Program-made: the position numbers and the translations under genes
Assembly: GCF_036321535.1 (NCBI RefSeq)
Contig: NC_087437.1
Location: forward strand, 56,484,001-56,548,000
Direction: 5' to 3'
DNA: 64,000 bases
Source: Camelus dromedarius
Taxonomy: Eukaryota
In this document: positions 11,672 through 23,860 of the stretch, piece after piece
How positions within the stretch are numbered: position 1 is the first letter of the stretch
Layout of the letters: each line of letters starts with the position of its first letter
The notes under the pieces: model-generated
What the model was told of the DNA's origin: nothing
Seen by the model: the letters and a program-made list of their open reading frames with translations, nothing else
Databases searched by the model: none

Positions 11672-12959
11672 AAGGGCCAATGAAAGGAGTAAAAAGATCT
11701 AAGGGTACTCCAGGAAGGAAGAGTTCACCTTTCTTTATTCCCCAATTCATTGTTTCATGGACAGAAAAACAATTTATGGACACCTCCCCGTGGAGATAAG
11801 TTCAGGGTGACTGTGTGACTGGCTGTTGCACTTCCTCAGGCAATACCAAGGTTAGAAATGACAGTGCCACCTTCCGTCACCAGCATCTGATGTCACTAGG
11901 TTCACTACGTTCTTTGCAAACAAAGACTTGGCTGATGCGAATTTCCCCAGCATCCTCCATTCCTGGTCCTGTGTGTCTCTATTCCCTCTCTCTTTTAATA
12001 ATCTTAACATTACGAGGCAGCCTTCTGCTGTGGATTTAAAGACTTCTTAAAGATAAGTCGTTAACAGGGTCACCATGAGCTTCCAGGTAGAGTTTTCTCT
12101 CTCTTTTATTTTTTACTCATCCATTAAAAAGATAATCCGGGCCTAAATGTATTTTAGCTAAGGATAATGAGCTCTTTTGCTCATTCTGCTGTGCATGCAG
12201 CATCACAGCAAGACTGACACCCACTTGGAGCAATACAAAGCACTGGAACTGAAAATGTTTCTTATAATTGGTTTAAAGGGCTTGCCTGCATTGTCTCCTA
12301 CTATGCTCCCCCGCTGGGTGCCCTCTTATCTCAGGTAATTGATGTCATATCTGTCAACTTGAAAAATATATCCTGGTTTTTTATTACAGTAAACTCCTGA
12401 TAGTCCATACGTTGACCCCATATTGATCACTCCATCTCCCTGTCTACTGCACCTTGTGTCAGTCATTCAGAGTCTGCAGGTGGCTCCACACTTGGTTAAG
12501 TCTGATAGGAAGCTTCTCTTAATGGTGCTAAAAGCAAGTAGAATAACAGCAAAATGCTTTTAGGGTATTTTCTGGCTTGTGAAAACAGCACAGAACAGAG
12601 TGTTTGTCAATTTGTCTTTTAATCTCAGCCTTGCGAATGTGAATATTAGGAAGGTAATTTCTCCTCACTTTTTTCTCTCTCCCAATTGTAAAGTGTGACA
12701 GACTCAGTGACCTTGAGAGTTGCTTTTAGCATTAATATTTTAAGAGCATTAACTGGACCCCCAAGTATTTTTCATATGTTATTCACTGGTACAGTTAATA
12801 GACTCACTCCAAACAAAGTCAGTGTGAAAAGTCATTGTCAATGAAATTTGTTTTAGTTTGTTTTAAGTAAACTGTTACTGTTCTTAAGACTTGGAAAAGT
12901 GAAAACTAAGTCTAGAGTTTACAGAGTGGTGATTATCTATATGTTAAATATAGATTTTT

Positions 12960-13100
12960 AAATATATATGTATATACACACAAGAATTATATATATGTAT
13001 ATATATTGCACATATACATGAATTACATATATACATATATACTTGAATTGTATATATAAATATATATACACACACATATACATACACATATATACATATA
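12960..13100. repeat. Degenerate (TA)/(CA)-rich low-complexity tract in the AcP 3'UTR
   Basis: atatatatgtatatacacaca...tatatatacacacacatatacatacacatatatacatata. Confidence 0.8.
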
Positions 13101-14580
13101 TCTTCAAATAGTCATTGGCACAATATCACAAAGTAATGGAACTTTTATCCAGTTTTTAAATTATGTTCTTTACTGTAACACTTTTATGTCAGTGTTTTCT
13201 GTACATTAATAATTGTGAATTTACAGCTAACGAAGTGTTAGTTGTTGTTAGTTCTCGCCTTCCCTGAATTAGTATAAATAACTTACTACTGCCACAGTTG
13301 ATCTGGGTGCAGTGGAATCCATTGCACACAGCACTTCCATGGTCACTGCTAAGCAATAGCCAGTCCTCTGGCATTAACTTATCGTCTACTATGTAACAAA
13401 CACACACACTTAGAAACTAAGCTATGTTAATGTTTGTACTCAGCTACTAGAGAGGTAAATCTTTATTTGGATTGATAAGCAATAAAGGAAAAGAAAATAA
13501 AAATACCTATTAATCAGCCTTGATATCCTATGAAACACAATAATTCATAATTTAAGGAAACCCTTAAATTAGTAATATGAATGTTGATAAGCAATTCTAA
13601 AACTACCTCCTATATTTCAGTGTCCTTTGGAGGTATTAACGTCTATATAATAAATCATTTTTCTATAGAGGAGTTATTGATTATTTTAAATTTAAAAAAA
13701 ACTTCATGAATCATTGACCATAAAACTATGGTATAAAGTTACTCTTGGATCCAAATTTTTTAGCCTTATTAATGCTTTTTGTTATTACAAACTACAATTA
13801 GTCCTCCTTTTAACCTTTGACTCACAAGACCAGAGGAGACCTGACTCCAGATAAGCTTTGAATATCAATTCTAGCATGAACTTCAGGTAAATGGGGGACA
13901 GTCCCATCACGAAGGGGCCAGCCATTCTATTGCCAATGCTGCATTCTTTTTGCACTTTTGAATTTCATATTTACCCCAAGTGCTGTTTGGTATCCCTAGA
14001 AATTTCTTGATACTTCTTGTCTATTTATATTCCTGTCTTTGGTACTGAACTTTTCCAAATGCTTAAATCTAAAGCAATTCAAATCTAAATGATGTCTTAT
14101 CCTAAGAGAATTTTGTTTCAAGATTTTTTGTTAATGTCTCAGAAGATGCCTAATACAGAATATTTGAGGGAAATAGAGAAATATAATATGGAGAGCAAGA
14201 AGAAATTGCTCTCTGATGTTAAAAAAAGAAGTACCTAATGTTAAAAAAAAAAACCTTAATGGTTTTAGGTATATGATATGAAGACCTTCTGCACCCAAAT
14301 TAACAACAACAACAACAACAAAAAAAACATGATATGTAGAGTGTCTAATTACACAATCATATAAAATTATTTAATTCTTTTCTGCATTGTAATTTAGATG
14401 ATCCATAGGATTCTAATAAACAAACACTCCACTGTATTGGGAAACAAAAGCATCACTCCATTGTTAATTATCTATTTTCTTTCCATAGGTTTAGTATTTT
14501 AAGATTATCTTTTTTAATTTTATTCATAAACTTTTGTATTTTCCATTTTCCCTTTAATTTGTAAATTTGTTTATTTTGAA

Positions 14581-14586
14581 AATAAA
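14581..14586 (+). terminator. Polyadenylation signal of the canonical isoform
   Basis: AATAAA with U-rich upstream sequence and downstream ttttattttgtgcatgttttttgtctttatttt (GU/U-rich element). Confidence 0.65.
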
Positions 14587-14823
14587 TCATTTATTTTCAG
14601 CTTTGAATTTTATTTTGTGCATGTTTTTTGTCTTTATTTTCATGTTTGGGCATAGGAAATGATAATAAAAAGAATTAATGATACACTTAGAAAAAGAAAT
14701 GTTATAAGGGACATTCATGTTCTCTTTCTGAGGAAATTCTTAGAAAGCTGGCAACTTCATCTCCAGAACATTTTCTTTACATGTGAGTTAAAGAGTTAAG
14801 TAAAATAGATTGATCTAGCATAC

Positions 14824-14826
<3 letters not shown>

Positions 14827-14858
<32 letters not shown>
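14827..14858. repeat. (GT)16 microsatellite followed by a GA-rich tract
   Basis: Read directly. Confidence 0.95.
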
Positions 14859-14862
<4 letters not shown>

Positions 14863-15199
14863 AAAGAGAGAAAGAATAACAAAGAGGCAGAGAGGAAGAA
14901 TGAGAGAGAGGAGAGAGTTTCAAAATAAAGACACAAGCCTATTCTGTTTTGTTCAACTTGGAACTTGAGTAGCTTACAGGAATCGTTTACCATATATAGG
15001 TTTTAATACAACCCTAAGGCAGTTGCTTCAGAATGAGATCAATTAACTAATGTCTTGCCTTTAGTTAATAGATGATCATTTGAATCAAAGATACATTTCT
15101 TTCACAAATTTCAAACAAAGCAGTGATAAATATTTGGAAAGGCATTTTCTTTTGAGTTAATATTAAGCCCATAGTAACAGGAAAGTCTTACTTTAAAAA

Positions 15200-15560
15200 A
15201 AAAAATCTCAAGTACTCATTTATTCCAAGAATATTTATTGGATCCCTGTAACTGGGCTGGTTAGCTTAGTAAAAATTTTCCTACTGAAGAACTATCCTGT
15301 TTCAAATCAGTCTCTAAAGAGAAGGATTAGGATCAATGGATGAAAGTTATAAGAAAATTTCTACTCATTCAGGAAACAACTTTAGAGTTGAACAATAATG
15401 TATTTCACTATCTTTGGCGATATTAGGTGCCCTGATACTAGAGGTGTACAAGCAGAGACCTGCTGGATCTTACTGAGGTTTTGTTAAGGGGTGTTTTGCA
15501 TTTTGGATAAATGATGCTGAGCCTGAAGTTGCTTCCAGCTTTGAAAACATTAAATGATCT
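15200..15560 (+). mobile_element. Ancient CR1/L3 3' fragment
   Basis: aggaaacaacttt...gtgccctgatactagaggtgtacaagcagagacc resembles the L3 3' end. Confidence 0.45.
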
Positions 15561-17757
15561 CCTAGAATATAGTGGTGACTATTTTCACTATCAGCAGGTT
15601 TCAATATCAGTAGTTTGGATATCATGGCCACCTAGCTGTTACTGACCTTTTTAAAACTCTCAATATATTTTTTCAGTCATTTACTGAGGTCACCAGATCT
15701 TTGACACAAGTAAATTTATAGTATGAAAGAAGAGATACATTCAGCAACTGGGTTATTTCTGTTTCTACCCAAGGGAGATGGCGTATCTTTAGCAATGGGC
15801 TAATAGATTAAGTATTCAAGTAGTATTTTATCCATATTTATTTTAAGCTGAATAGGCAGAATTTGAAAACTTACTGTTCTCTTATAAACCCACATTTTAA
15901 GGTGATTCTCTAATGTTACTTTTAGGAATTGATTCAATCAACATTAGTCCATGCATTAGTTTAATATTGTGTTCACTAAACATTGAATAATAATTTAATC
16001 AAAGTGATCAGTTCAAATGTGTACCATGTGCTAGACATTAACATATAGTTATCGCTAAACTGTCTAACAATCCTACAAGTTTGCTCTCATTATATGCATT
16101 TTATAGGTAAATGAACTCAGACTTTTAAAGATATTAAAATAAATGATTGTATTAAATAAGATAAATGGAGAAACCATTCAAATGTTTGAATTCAGATTCA
16201 TCTTCCAAATTAGGCGCCCCCATTTTTTTTTTAACTGTACTTCAAGTTTTGAGAGAGGCTGAGAGAGAGGCTTGCTTCTCCTTCATACACCAATAACCCA
16301 GCCAAAGAACAAAAGTACAGCTTTAGCTTTCTTCTGGTTTTCTTTCTACTCCCTAGTGAATGCCAGGGCGATTATGACTTCTACAGGCAGGTGTATTATG
16401 GAGTATTGAAGAGTTCTTGATCAGAAAATTTAACTTCAAAACCAATTTCATACCACTCAAGAAAACTGGCCTTATCGATCTATAACCACACTTCATTTTT
16501 TAAGCCAAATTGAATAAACAACCTAGTTTACAACTTCCTGTCCAAATAATCTTCAGCATTAAAAACAATAATTCACATCTTCAAATATAAAGTTTTGACA
16601 ATATGGAAGATACTAAAATATGCCACGAAGGAAATAGCTTCCTTCGGAGTATTATGCGAAATCCCTAGGTATAGCCCAGCCTCATCTGAGAAGCATCTCC
16701 TGTATCCATTCCTCGATGTCTGGAATTCCACTCTTCATGTTTGCTTTTTTTTTTTTTATTATTACCCTCTTTCAAATGCAAATCCTACGCTTTCAGGGTG
16801 GGGTACCAAAATTTAAAACAATTTTTATAAGCACCAGGATCTAAAGACAATTTTCTTTAGAAAATCTAGGACAGTGTTTTATTTTCAACAATGGTATTCC
16901 CATTGGACAGAACAGACATTTTCCCAAAGTGACCATTTTGAAGTGAGACAAGCACACACATGCCACACGCACAATGTAAGTGCACAAGTTTTTTGTTTTT
17001 CTTGAAAAACTATCCATTTTATTTTAAGGTTATATTGTATTTATCCTGTGATGAGAAACAGTAGACTTCTACTCACATTCTCAGATTGACGAAAGGCATC
17101 TATCTACATGAGATTCTGAGTAGAACCAGAGAGGACAAAGGAGTTACCAAAACACACACACACATAGGCACACACAGACTTTGAAGATGAGTGGAAATTT
17201 AGATGTATCTTTTAAGATTGAAACGAAAATTATCTAAAATACTTTGTGTTCTTGATAGACCCAGTCAAGAGTTCTTAAGCATTAACATGTCTCTTTTGAC
17301 TACCTTCAAATTCATGTGAAATTCAAAAACTGAAAAGAACAAATCTGGTAAGGAGCACATCTTCTTCATTCCCTGTCAAATTCATGATCCAATTCCCTGC
17401 AGACTTTCAGCTTGTCTTCACAGGCTGCGAAGCTTCTCAGTCAGTGTTTCGCCCCTGGCCTCAAAAGCTTAGGTACTCAAATTCATGGTCTGTCTGCAGC
17501 ATGTTTTCCCTGTTGTCACTGAGGGCTATTTATACATTTGGAATTCCTTTTCTTCAGAAAAATCACATTATTTAAGCTCTAAATATCACAGTGAGTTAAG
17601 CACTGCGTTTATCTCAAGAACTTTCCACTGGGTTCCATTCAAATTTACCTCAATAATCATTAGAATTGAATGCTTGGTGAAAAGTCTTAAATAATTGACT
17701 GATTCTTACCCACTGTCATTTTTGTTGCCCCTTTAATTGATTTTCAGACCAATTCTT

Positions 17758-17782
17758 CACACACACACACACACACACACAC
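17758..17782. repeat. (AC)n microsatellite
   Basis: Read directly. Confidence 0.95.
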
Positions 17783-17799
17783 CATGTGCATACATAAAT

Positions 17800-18390
17800 A
17801 AAAAGAATTTTGGTTGACAACATGATCAATACTATGAACTGTCTGATGAGTCCAAAAATTTTAAATATCAAGAGATATAACTATGTGACTCTTAGGAAGT
17901 AGTAATTCCCTATTGATCTTTGCTGATTAGACTGTCTGGAGCATTCTGTTCAGTCCTGTTCAGGATACCACTCTTAGGAGACACATATATAAACTGAAAA
18001 TTTATAATTTTGTAATATAAAATTCAGAAAAAAAAATATAAAAGTGGAGAAGAGACTTCATACCAGGTCATATGGAGAATAAGATAAAAATCCTGAAGTT
18101 CTTTAATCTGGTGATGAGAAAAAAATACGAGATCACAATAATAGTGAAATAGTTCAGATATTTAAAGATGTTACATATAAGATCACCAAATAAAAGTGGA
18201 AGTAAAGAACATTTGAAAACAAGAAATTATTTACCAACTGAGCTGAAATGAGCTGCTTTTAGAGGTGGTTAGTTCCTCACCCTTGAAAGCAGCGAATACT
18301 TAGCAACCATTGGAAAGAGTGGTGTAGGTGATACTCTTAACTGGGTGGATTATTTCAAATATAGATCCTATATCCCGAAGTATTATTCAT
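17800..18390 (+). mobile_element. Ancient CR1/L3 fragment ending ~90 nt upstream of the exon 12b acceptor
   Basis: ctggagcattctgttcagtcctg, ggtcatatggagaat...tttaatctgg, ttcagatatttaaagatgttacat resemble the C-terminal part of L3 ORF2. Confidence 0.55.
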
Positions 18391-18481
18391 TGCCTGTCCT
18401 TTGTAGGATGGACAATGGTGAACTGAAGCTTATAATATAAGTTTTCACTAGGCATTGTCCTATCTTTCCATTTTCCTGTAG

Positions 18482-19200
18482 ATACAGTGGAAGCAGTTTT
18501 TGACTTCATTCAGAGGAGCCGGAGGATGATTGTTGTTCTGAGCCCAGACTATGTGACAGAAAAGAGCATCAGCATGCTGGAGTTCAAACTGGGTGTCATG
18601 TGCCAGAACTCCATCGCCACCAAGCTCATTGTGGTTGAGTACCGACCCCTTGAGCATCCGCACCCAGGCATCCTGCAGCTGAAGGAGTCTGTTTCTTTTG
18701 TGAGCTGGAAAGGAGAACAATCCAAACACTCTGGCTCTAAATTCTGGAAGGCCTTGCGGTTGGCTCTTCCCCTGAGAAGTCTGAGTGCCAGCTCTGGCTG
18801 GAATGAGAGCTGCTCTTCCCAGTCTGACATCAGTATGGACCATGTTCAAAGAAGGAGAAGCCGTTTGAAAGAGCCCCCAGAACTCCAGGGCTCAGGAAGG
18901 GCCGCAGTTGCCTCTCCAGCCCCGGACACAATGTCCAGGCACAAAGGGAAGCCTTCTGCAGCCTGTCGCTGCTGTGTCACCTACTGTGAAGGAGAGAGTC
19001 ACCTTAGGAGCAAGAGCCGGGCAGAGAGTCACACCCAGCCCCAGTGGGAGACACACCTCTGTAAGCCTGTTCCCCAAGAGTCAGAAACTCAATGGATACA
19101 AAATGGCACCAGATTGGAACCCCCTGCTCCCCAGATCTCAGCCCTTGCTCTCCACCATTTCACGGATTTATCCAATAACAATGACTTCTATATCCTATAA
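18482..19200 (+). CDS. IL1RAP: IL1RAP alternative terminal exon 12b, coding part (AcPb isoform: variant TIR half plus extended C-terminal tail)
   Basis: Acceptor tctttccattttcctgtag ends at 18481. Junction A|AT gives N-TVEAVFDFIQRSRRMIVVLSPDYV...KFWKALRLALPLRS...LSNNNDFYIL, stop TAA 19198-19200. Matches the recalled human AcPb C-terminus and has the same phase as exon 12. Confidence 0.97.
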
Positions 19201-19790
19201 TTACGGTGTGGTGGGTGGTGGCTACTATCTCAACCAGCCCATTTTGTGTCATGAACCTATGGGAATAACTGACATTTTTATCATCTAATGGACTATCAGA
19301 TTGTGCCCCCTTAATTGATTTTTAAAAACTATTTATTTCTAGGAGAAAAAAGACCCAAAGGACCTGAATCCCTATTTATTGCCTCTAATGGCCTCAGGAA
19401 GAGCACACTCTTCTTGGGCCCTAGAAGGTCAGGATGTGCAAGTTGCCTAAAGTCTGATCCTCTCTCTCGCCCAATGGGTTTAAACTGAGCAAAGAATTCC
19501 AGTGTGTTTCCTTTGAGTTTGTTGACCAACCTCATGTTATGAACCAGTCAGGTGTACTTGGTCTACGCCATTTACAGGGAATGTGTGTCCCGAGGGAGCA
19601 TCATGGAGTTGGTTCCGGTGGAAGCCGCAGAACTAAGTGCAACAGGAAGCCTGCAGCACGTTTTCCCAGGAAGAACCAAATACACCCACACAGGGCCACA
19701 TAGCGTTCTCTGTCTCACTGTAAGCTAGTGTTCTCTAAACTGCCTAAAGTTGTTAGCATCAATAAAGTTATATTTTTATGTGATTTCATT
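19201..19790 (+). other. IL1RAP: 3'UTR of the AcPb isoform
   Basis: Runs from the stop codon to AATAAA at 19761, followed by T-rich sequence. The end is inferred. Confidence 0.6.
19761..19766 (+). terminator. Polyadenylation signal of the AcPb isoform
   Basis: First AATAAA I see after the exon 12b stop, with a downstream T/GT-rich tract (tatttttatgtgatttcattt). Confidence 0.65.
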
Positions 19791-21859
19791 TGCACTAAAA
19801 AATTTTTACTTCTCTCTCTCCCTTCTACATTTTATGACCTTTCACGAAATTGAGGTTTGGTTTAGGTACTAGGAAAGATGAAATGTCTTTTTAGTTTCAT
19901 TCTAATGTGTATTAGGAGTGATCTAGGAAAGGACCAAAAGAGATTGAGAAAATGCTTCAAATGAAATGGCAGTTTACACAAAAATTTTATTATGAAATTT
20001 TTAGAAATGACAGCTGAAAAATTCAGTACGGTTAGGAGTTTAGGGTAGAGTTTGGTCCATCAACCCCTTCTTCTCATTCAGGGTTCTGAGAATGGATAGT
20101 TAATTCAAGTGCTTACAAGGATCAAAAAGTAATAAATAGGAGAAAACAGGGCCAAATATAATCATAATATACATGCTCTCCATCTATTACCCACGTGTAC
20201 AGGAGCATAGGTACAGATAAGTATTTCTTTACTCTAAGCATTTTAACACAATCATAAAAGGAACGTGACATTTGATTTCCAAGTCAAGAAGAGCATAGAG
20301 ATGGTTGAGCCTGCAGGTAATTAAAAAATATGTATTACTTTAAAAGGCAGCATCCTCTACTCAGCTCCATCTTGACTGCTGTCACTGAATAGCTCCAGTG
20401 TTGAAAGATTGTCCTGTGTTTTAAAAGAATCTAAAAATCCAGAACGTTATGTAATTTGTCAATTATGGGATGACTTAAACATTGAAAAAAAAAAGAAGAA
20501 AAGAACCCCCCAAAACACACAAACACATATTTGTAATTTCAGAACTAAAGTATTTACTCAAAGAACCTATGTCCAAATGGGAATCCAAATAACCCTGGTA
20601 ATATTGAGACTGGAAAACACAGACTGGTCCTAAGGAAATAACAGAAGATATTTATTATCTTCCCAAATTGAAGACATCTGGACCCTCAGAATGGGGCTGA
20701 TCTGACCCAAAACTCCATTAAGGGGAAAAAGCTGGAAAATAGTGTGTCTTACATCTACTCTGTAAAAGGTCTTTGCCTGGTGAGTTTACCATGAGAAAAT
20801 CAGAAGTACAATCTGCTACTCCTGAACAGTAGCAGAGTAAAAAGAGCAAAATTTCCTACAAGACATGAGCACTCTCTTCAATACATGAGCCCTGGTGCTA
20901 CTGAGTAATGGCCCAATGAATGCCATCCTTTTTCAGTCAGTAAAAGTGAATGAAGGGTGGAGAGAGAAGCCAGAATTTTCATTCCACTCCTCCTCTTGGA
21001 GAAAAATGCAGGTTAGATTAGATTACAATTAGATTCTTTTCCTGTCAAAATAAGACAGGAGAATTAAGCCATCTAGAGTAAATGTGACCAATCAGGAAAC
21101 TTGTAATTAAGAAATGGCAGGCTACCCTACCTGAATATCCACCAGAAAATGACCGAGCACAACTCATGTTCTACACAGCGTTCCTTCCTGAAGAGATTAA
21201 TCCATTCCTGGTGTATGTTCAAGGATCTCCCCTGGAAGACAGATAGTAGGGTTTCCTCTCTAAAACTGTTAAATAGTCGTTAATGTATGTTGCCACAAAT
21301 CCCAAGAAGGGAGAGAAAGCTGTTCCCCATAATCAGTCTTATTCCTTATTAGCACAGTGTCCCAAACCATAAAATGTCTTTGGAAAAATTGAGAAATTAC
21401 TTTTGTCATGTATAAATTATTTTCTTAGTGAAGGAAATAAATGAAAAGACCAGTGGCAGAGGCATGGAAAATTAAACATGAGCTCTTGTTATGAATGTGT
21501 AGCTAGATAATTGTGGAGCTCTCAAAAGCTGAATTTTGGTAAGTATCAATTTACATTGACAACATAAGTACAGTGTAAGTGGTATAAAGTCATATTTTTT
21601 GGCATTAGCTATATAAGGGTCCGAAAGGTATTAGACCATTCTTGTACCGTGTGGAGAAAAGCAAGGAGCTTATGTTATTATTCCCTGACCCAACATGCTA
21701 CAGTTGAATGTAGCATTCAGTGCTATACATTTCGTTGAGGCTGACAATAAGAAAATTTCCTCATGGGCCATGCATATTTATAACTGAAATGATAATGATT
21801 GTAGGTTAAATGGACATCATTCACAGGAATATTGCCTATTTAGGAGTAAGTTTCAAGTC

Positions 21860-22060
21860 AAGTAGAGACGAACGTGAGTTCTGCTTCTCTTCTGTCTGTT
21901 TGACTGTGGGCTTTCTGGGTCTTGATCTCCTGTTAGCTAAAATGGAGATAATACTATTAACCTCATCACACTTTGTGAGCACTAAACGATATAATGCATG
22001 GAAGTTCATAGCACAGTGCCTGGCACATTGTAAGTGCTCAATAATTGTTGGTCAGTTTTA
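21860..22060 (+). mobile_element. MIR SINE
   Basis: aaaatggagataatacta..acctcat core and gcacagtgcctggcacattgtaagtgctcaataa tail. Confidence 0.8.
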
Positions 22061-22839
22061 TACCCATAGTGAAATCACTCTTGTGATTGCATAAACTTTT
22101 ATTTGCATAAAGATTTGTGGCTTACAGTCTGATTTCGTTACATCATTTTTCTTTTAGCATAAAAGCAGTACAAAACAGGAACATATTATCCAGATTGACT
22201 TTCCTAATGACACCCAACCAATTAGCAATAGGGTTGGGCCTCTACACTAGGCTTCTGACACCTGATCTAGTGCCAATTCTGGAATTGCTCTTGTAAGATG
22301 CAAGTGGAAGTATTTCTATTACAAAGCCACCTACTCGGAACTATTTAATTTGAACCGTTACACATTCATATCAAAAAGGCAGTTAATGTAACCCACACAC
22401 AGCTAATTAAATGTCATATCAAGTGTCTGATGTGTCATATGACCTTGTCATATTATGCTTTTATATAATTTCAGTTAAAATTTTACACTTGTTAAAGCAT
22501 TTAAAAAATAGAATCATTTTTTGTCTTCTAGACTCTATGATCACATAATAACTTTTCTCCCAAAATAAATAATTTTCCTTTTTCTTAATGGAAAATAAAA
22601 ATATGTTCACCCTTTATCCTGAAAGTCAAATTTAATCTTTCAAGAGCTATGATTTACACTTCAGGTTCCAATAACTTCCTGTTATAACTAGTCAACATCC
22701 TATAATAGTATATTCCCTTGCAGTGTGAAGAATTGAGGTGGTTGGTAAAACTAATGTTCCTGAACTAATGTTTGTGAAAAAGTCATGAATAATAAATTGA
22801 ACTAATCTTAAAGATGTGTGCAGAAGGACAGAAGCCCTA

Positions 22840-23280
22840 TGGAAATGATTTCAAACTTTTGTGTGTCTAAAAATTGTTTGCGGTGCATCTTACAAGTGAG
22901 GATCTCAGGCAAAGCCCCGCCCCGAGAGAGACTGACTTATTAGGTACTGGACATTGTCCAGGAGTCTGCCTTTTAACATCGTGTCCTTGATAATTCAGAT
23001 AAGGTATTCCATGGGTCAAACAACTACCTATGAGAATTCTTTCAAATCCTTTTTATATTTTTTATACTATTCAGAGTGTAAGAGGAAAGCGCCTTTATCA
23101 GAGTCTTCTGAAAGTGTATTCCTTGATGATCCACATCAGAACCATTTTGCTTTCATATTAACATGCGTATTTTGAGCCCATGCAATATTAACTAAATGAG
23201 GATCTCCTGAGTGGCGCAGATTTGCACTTGGAATAAATCTCCCAGGTGATTCGGATGTACGAGAAGTTTAAGAACCATTA
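22840..23280. mobile_element. MER5-like hAT fragments
   Basis: ccaggagtctgccttttaacat and ctcccaggtgattcggatgtac...agtttaagaacca. Confidence 0.55.
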
Positions 23281-23535
23281 ATTTTTATCTCTTTTTAACT
23301 CCTCTTTTACCCTTGTAGGCTCTGATTTTCTCCAGCCAAAGAGGACTACAACTCATCCTTTTAACAAGGTGTTTACAGACAACAGATGAAACTGTAGGGC
23401 AAATTTAACCCTTGGAGTTGCCTCAGCACAGGGGGACAGTTGAATAGATGAACAGTTAGTGGAATGTCTTTTTAATAATATGAAACATCAAACACTGACA
23501 CTTGGAATCTGGTACAGTTGCTATAGTCTATCATA

Positions 23536-23860
23536 TGTATTAATCAGAATTACATAAACTATGTTGTACTAACAAATAACCTCAATATTTCAATAGATTC
23601 ATGTAACAAGACTTATTTCTTGTATATGCTTCATGTCCAGAATAGGCACTTAACTTTTTGCAGCATTGCCATCTGATGTGTGTGACTTCCTCCTGTTCTA
23701 TACTTGAGGCTAACTATGACACTTATTACTCTCACAGTTTATTGGTCAGAACTAGCTACAAGTACTGATCTAGTCATAAGAAGGCTGGAAAATGCTGTCT
23801 TCCTGTGTTCCGGGAAAGAAGAATGAAAAAGAAATTGGTGAACACATAGCATTGTCTGTG
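23536..23860 (-). mobile_element. MaLR LTR (MLT1-type)
   Basis: taacaaataacctcaatatttcaat ... ttggtcagaactag ... aggctggaaaatg...aaattggtgaacac pattern. Confidence 0.65.

Larger units (their letters stand above)
11672..14610 (+). other. IL1RAP: Long AU-rich 3'UTR of the canonical AcP isoform
   Basis: Largely repeat-free AT-rich sequence from the stop codon to AATAAA at 14581, followed by a U/GU-rich tract. The 3' end is inferred. Other AATAAA hexamers occur at 13481 and 14415. Confidence 0.65.

Noticed and set aside
18460..19288. Overlapping antisense and shifted-frame ORFs over exon 12b (61-129 aa)
   Set aside because: Shadow ORFs of a GC-rich coding exon, with no supporting splice sites or homology.
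20812..20836. Short hairpins (TCTGCTACT/AGTAGCAGA; also ~4685-4706 and ~28868-28887)
   Set aside because: Stems of 8-9 bp are too short for a pre-miRNA and are expected by chance.
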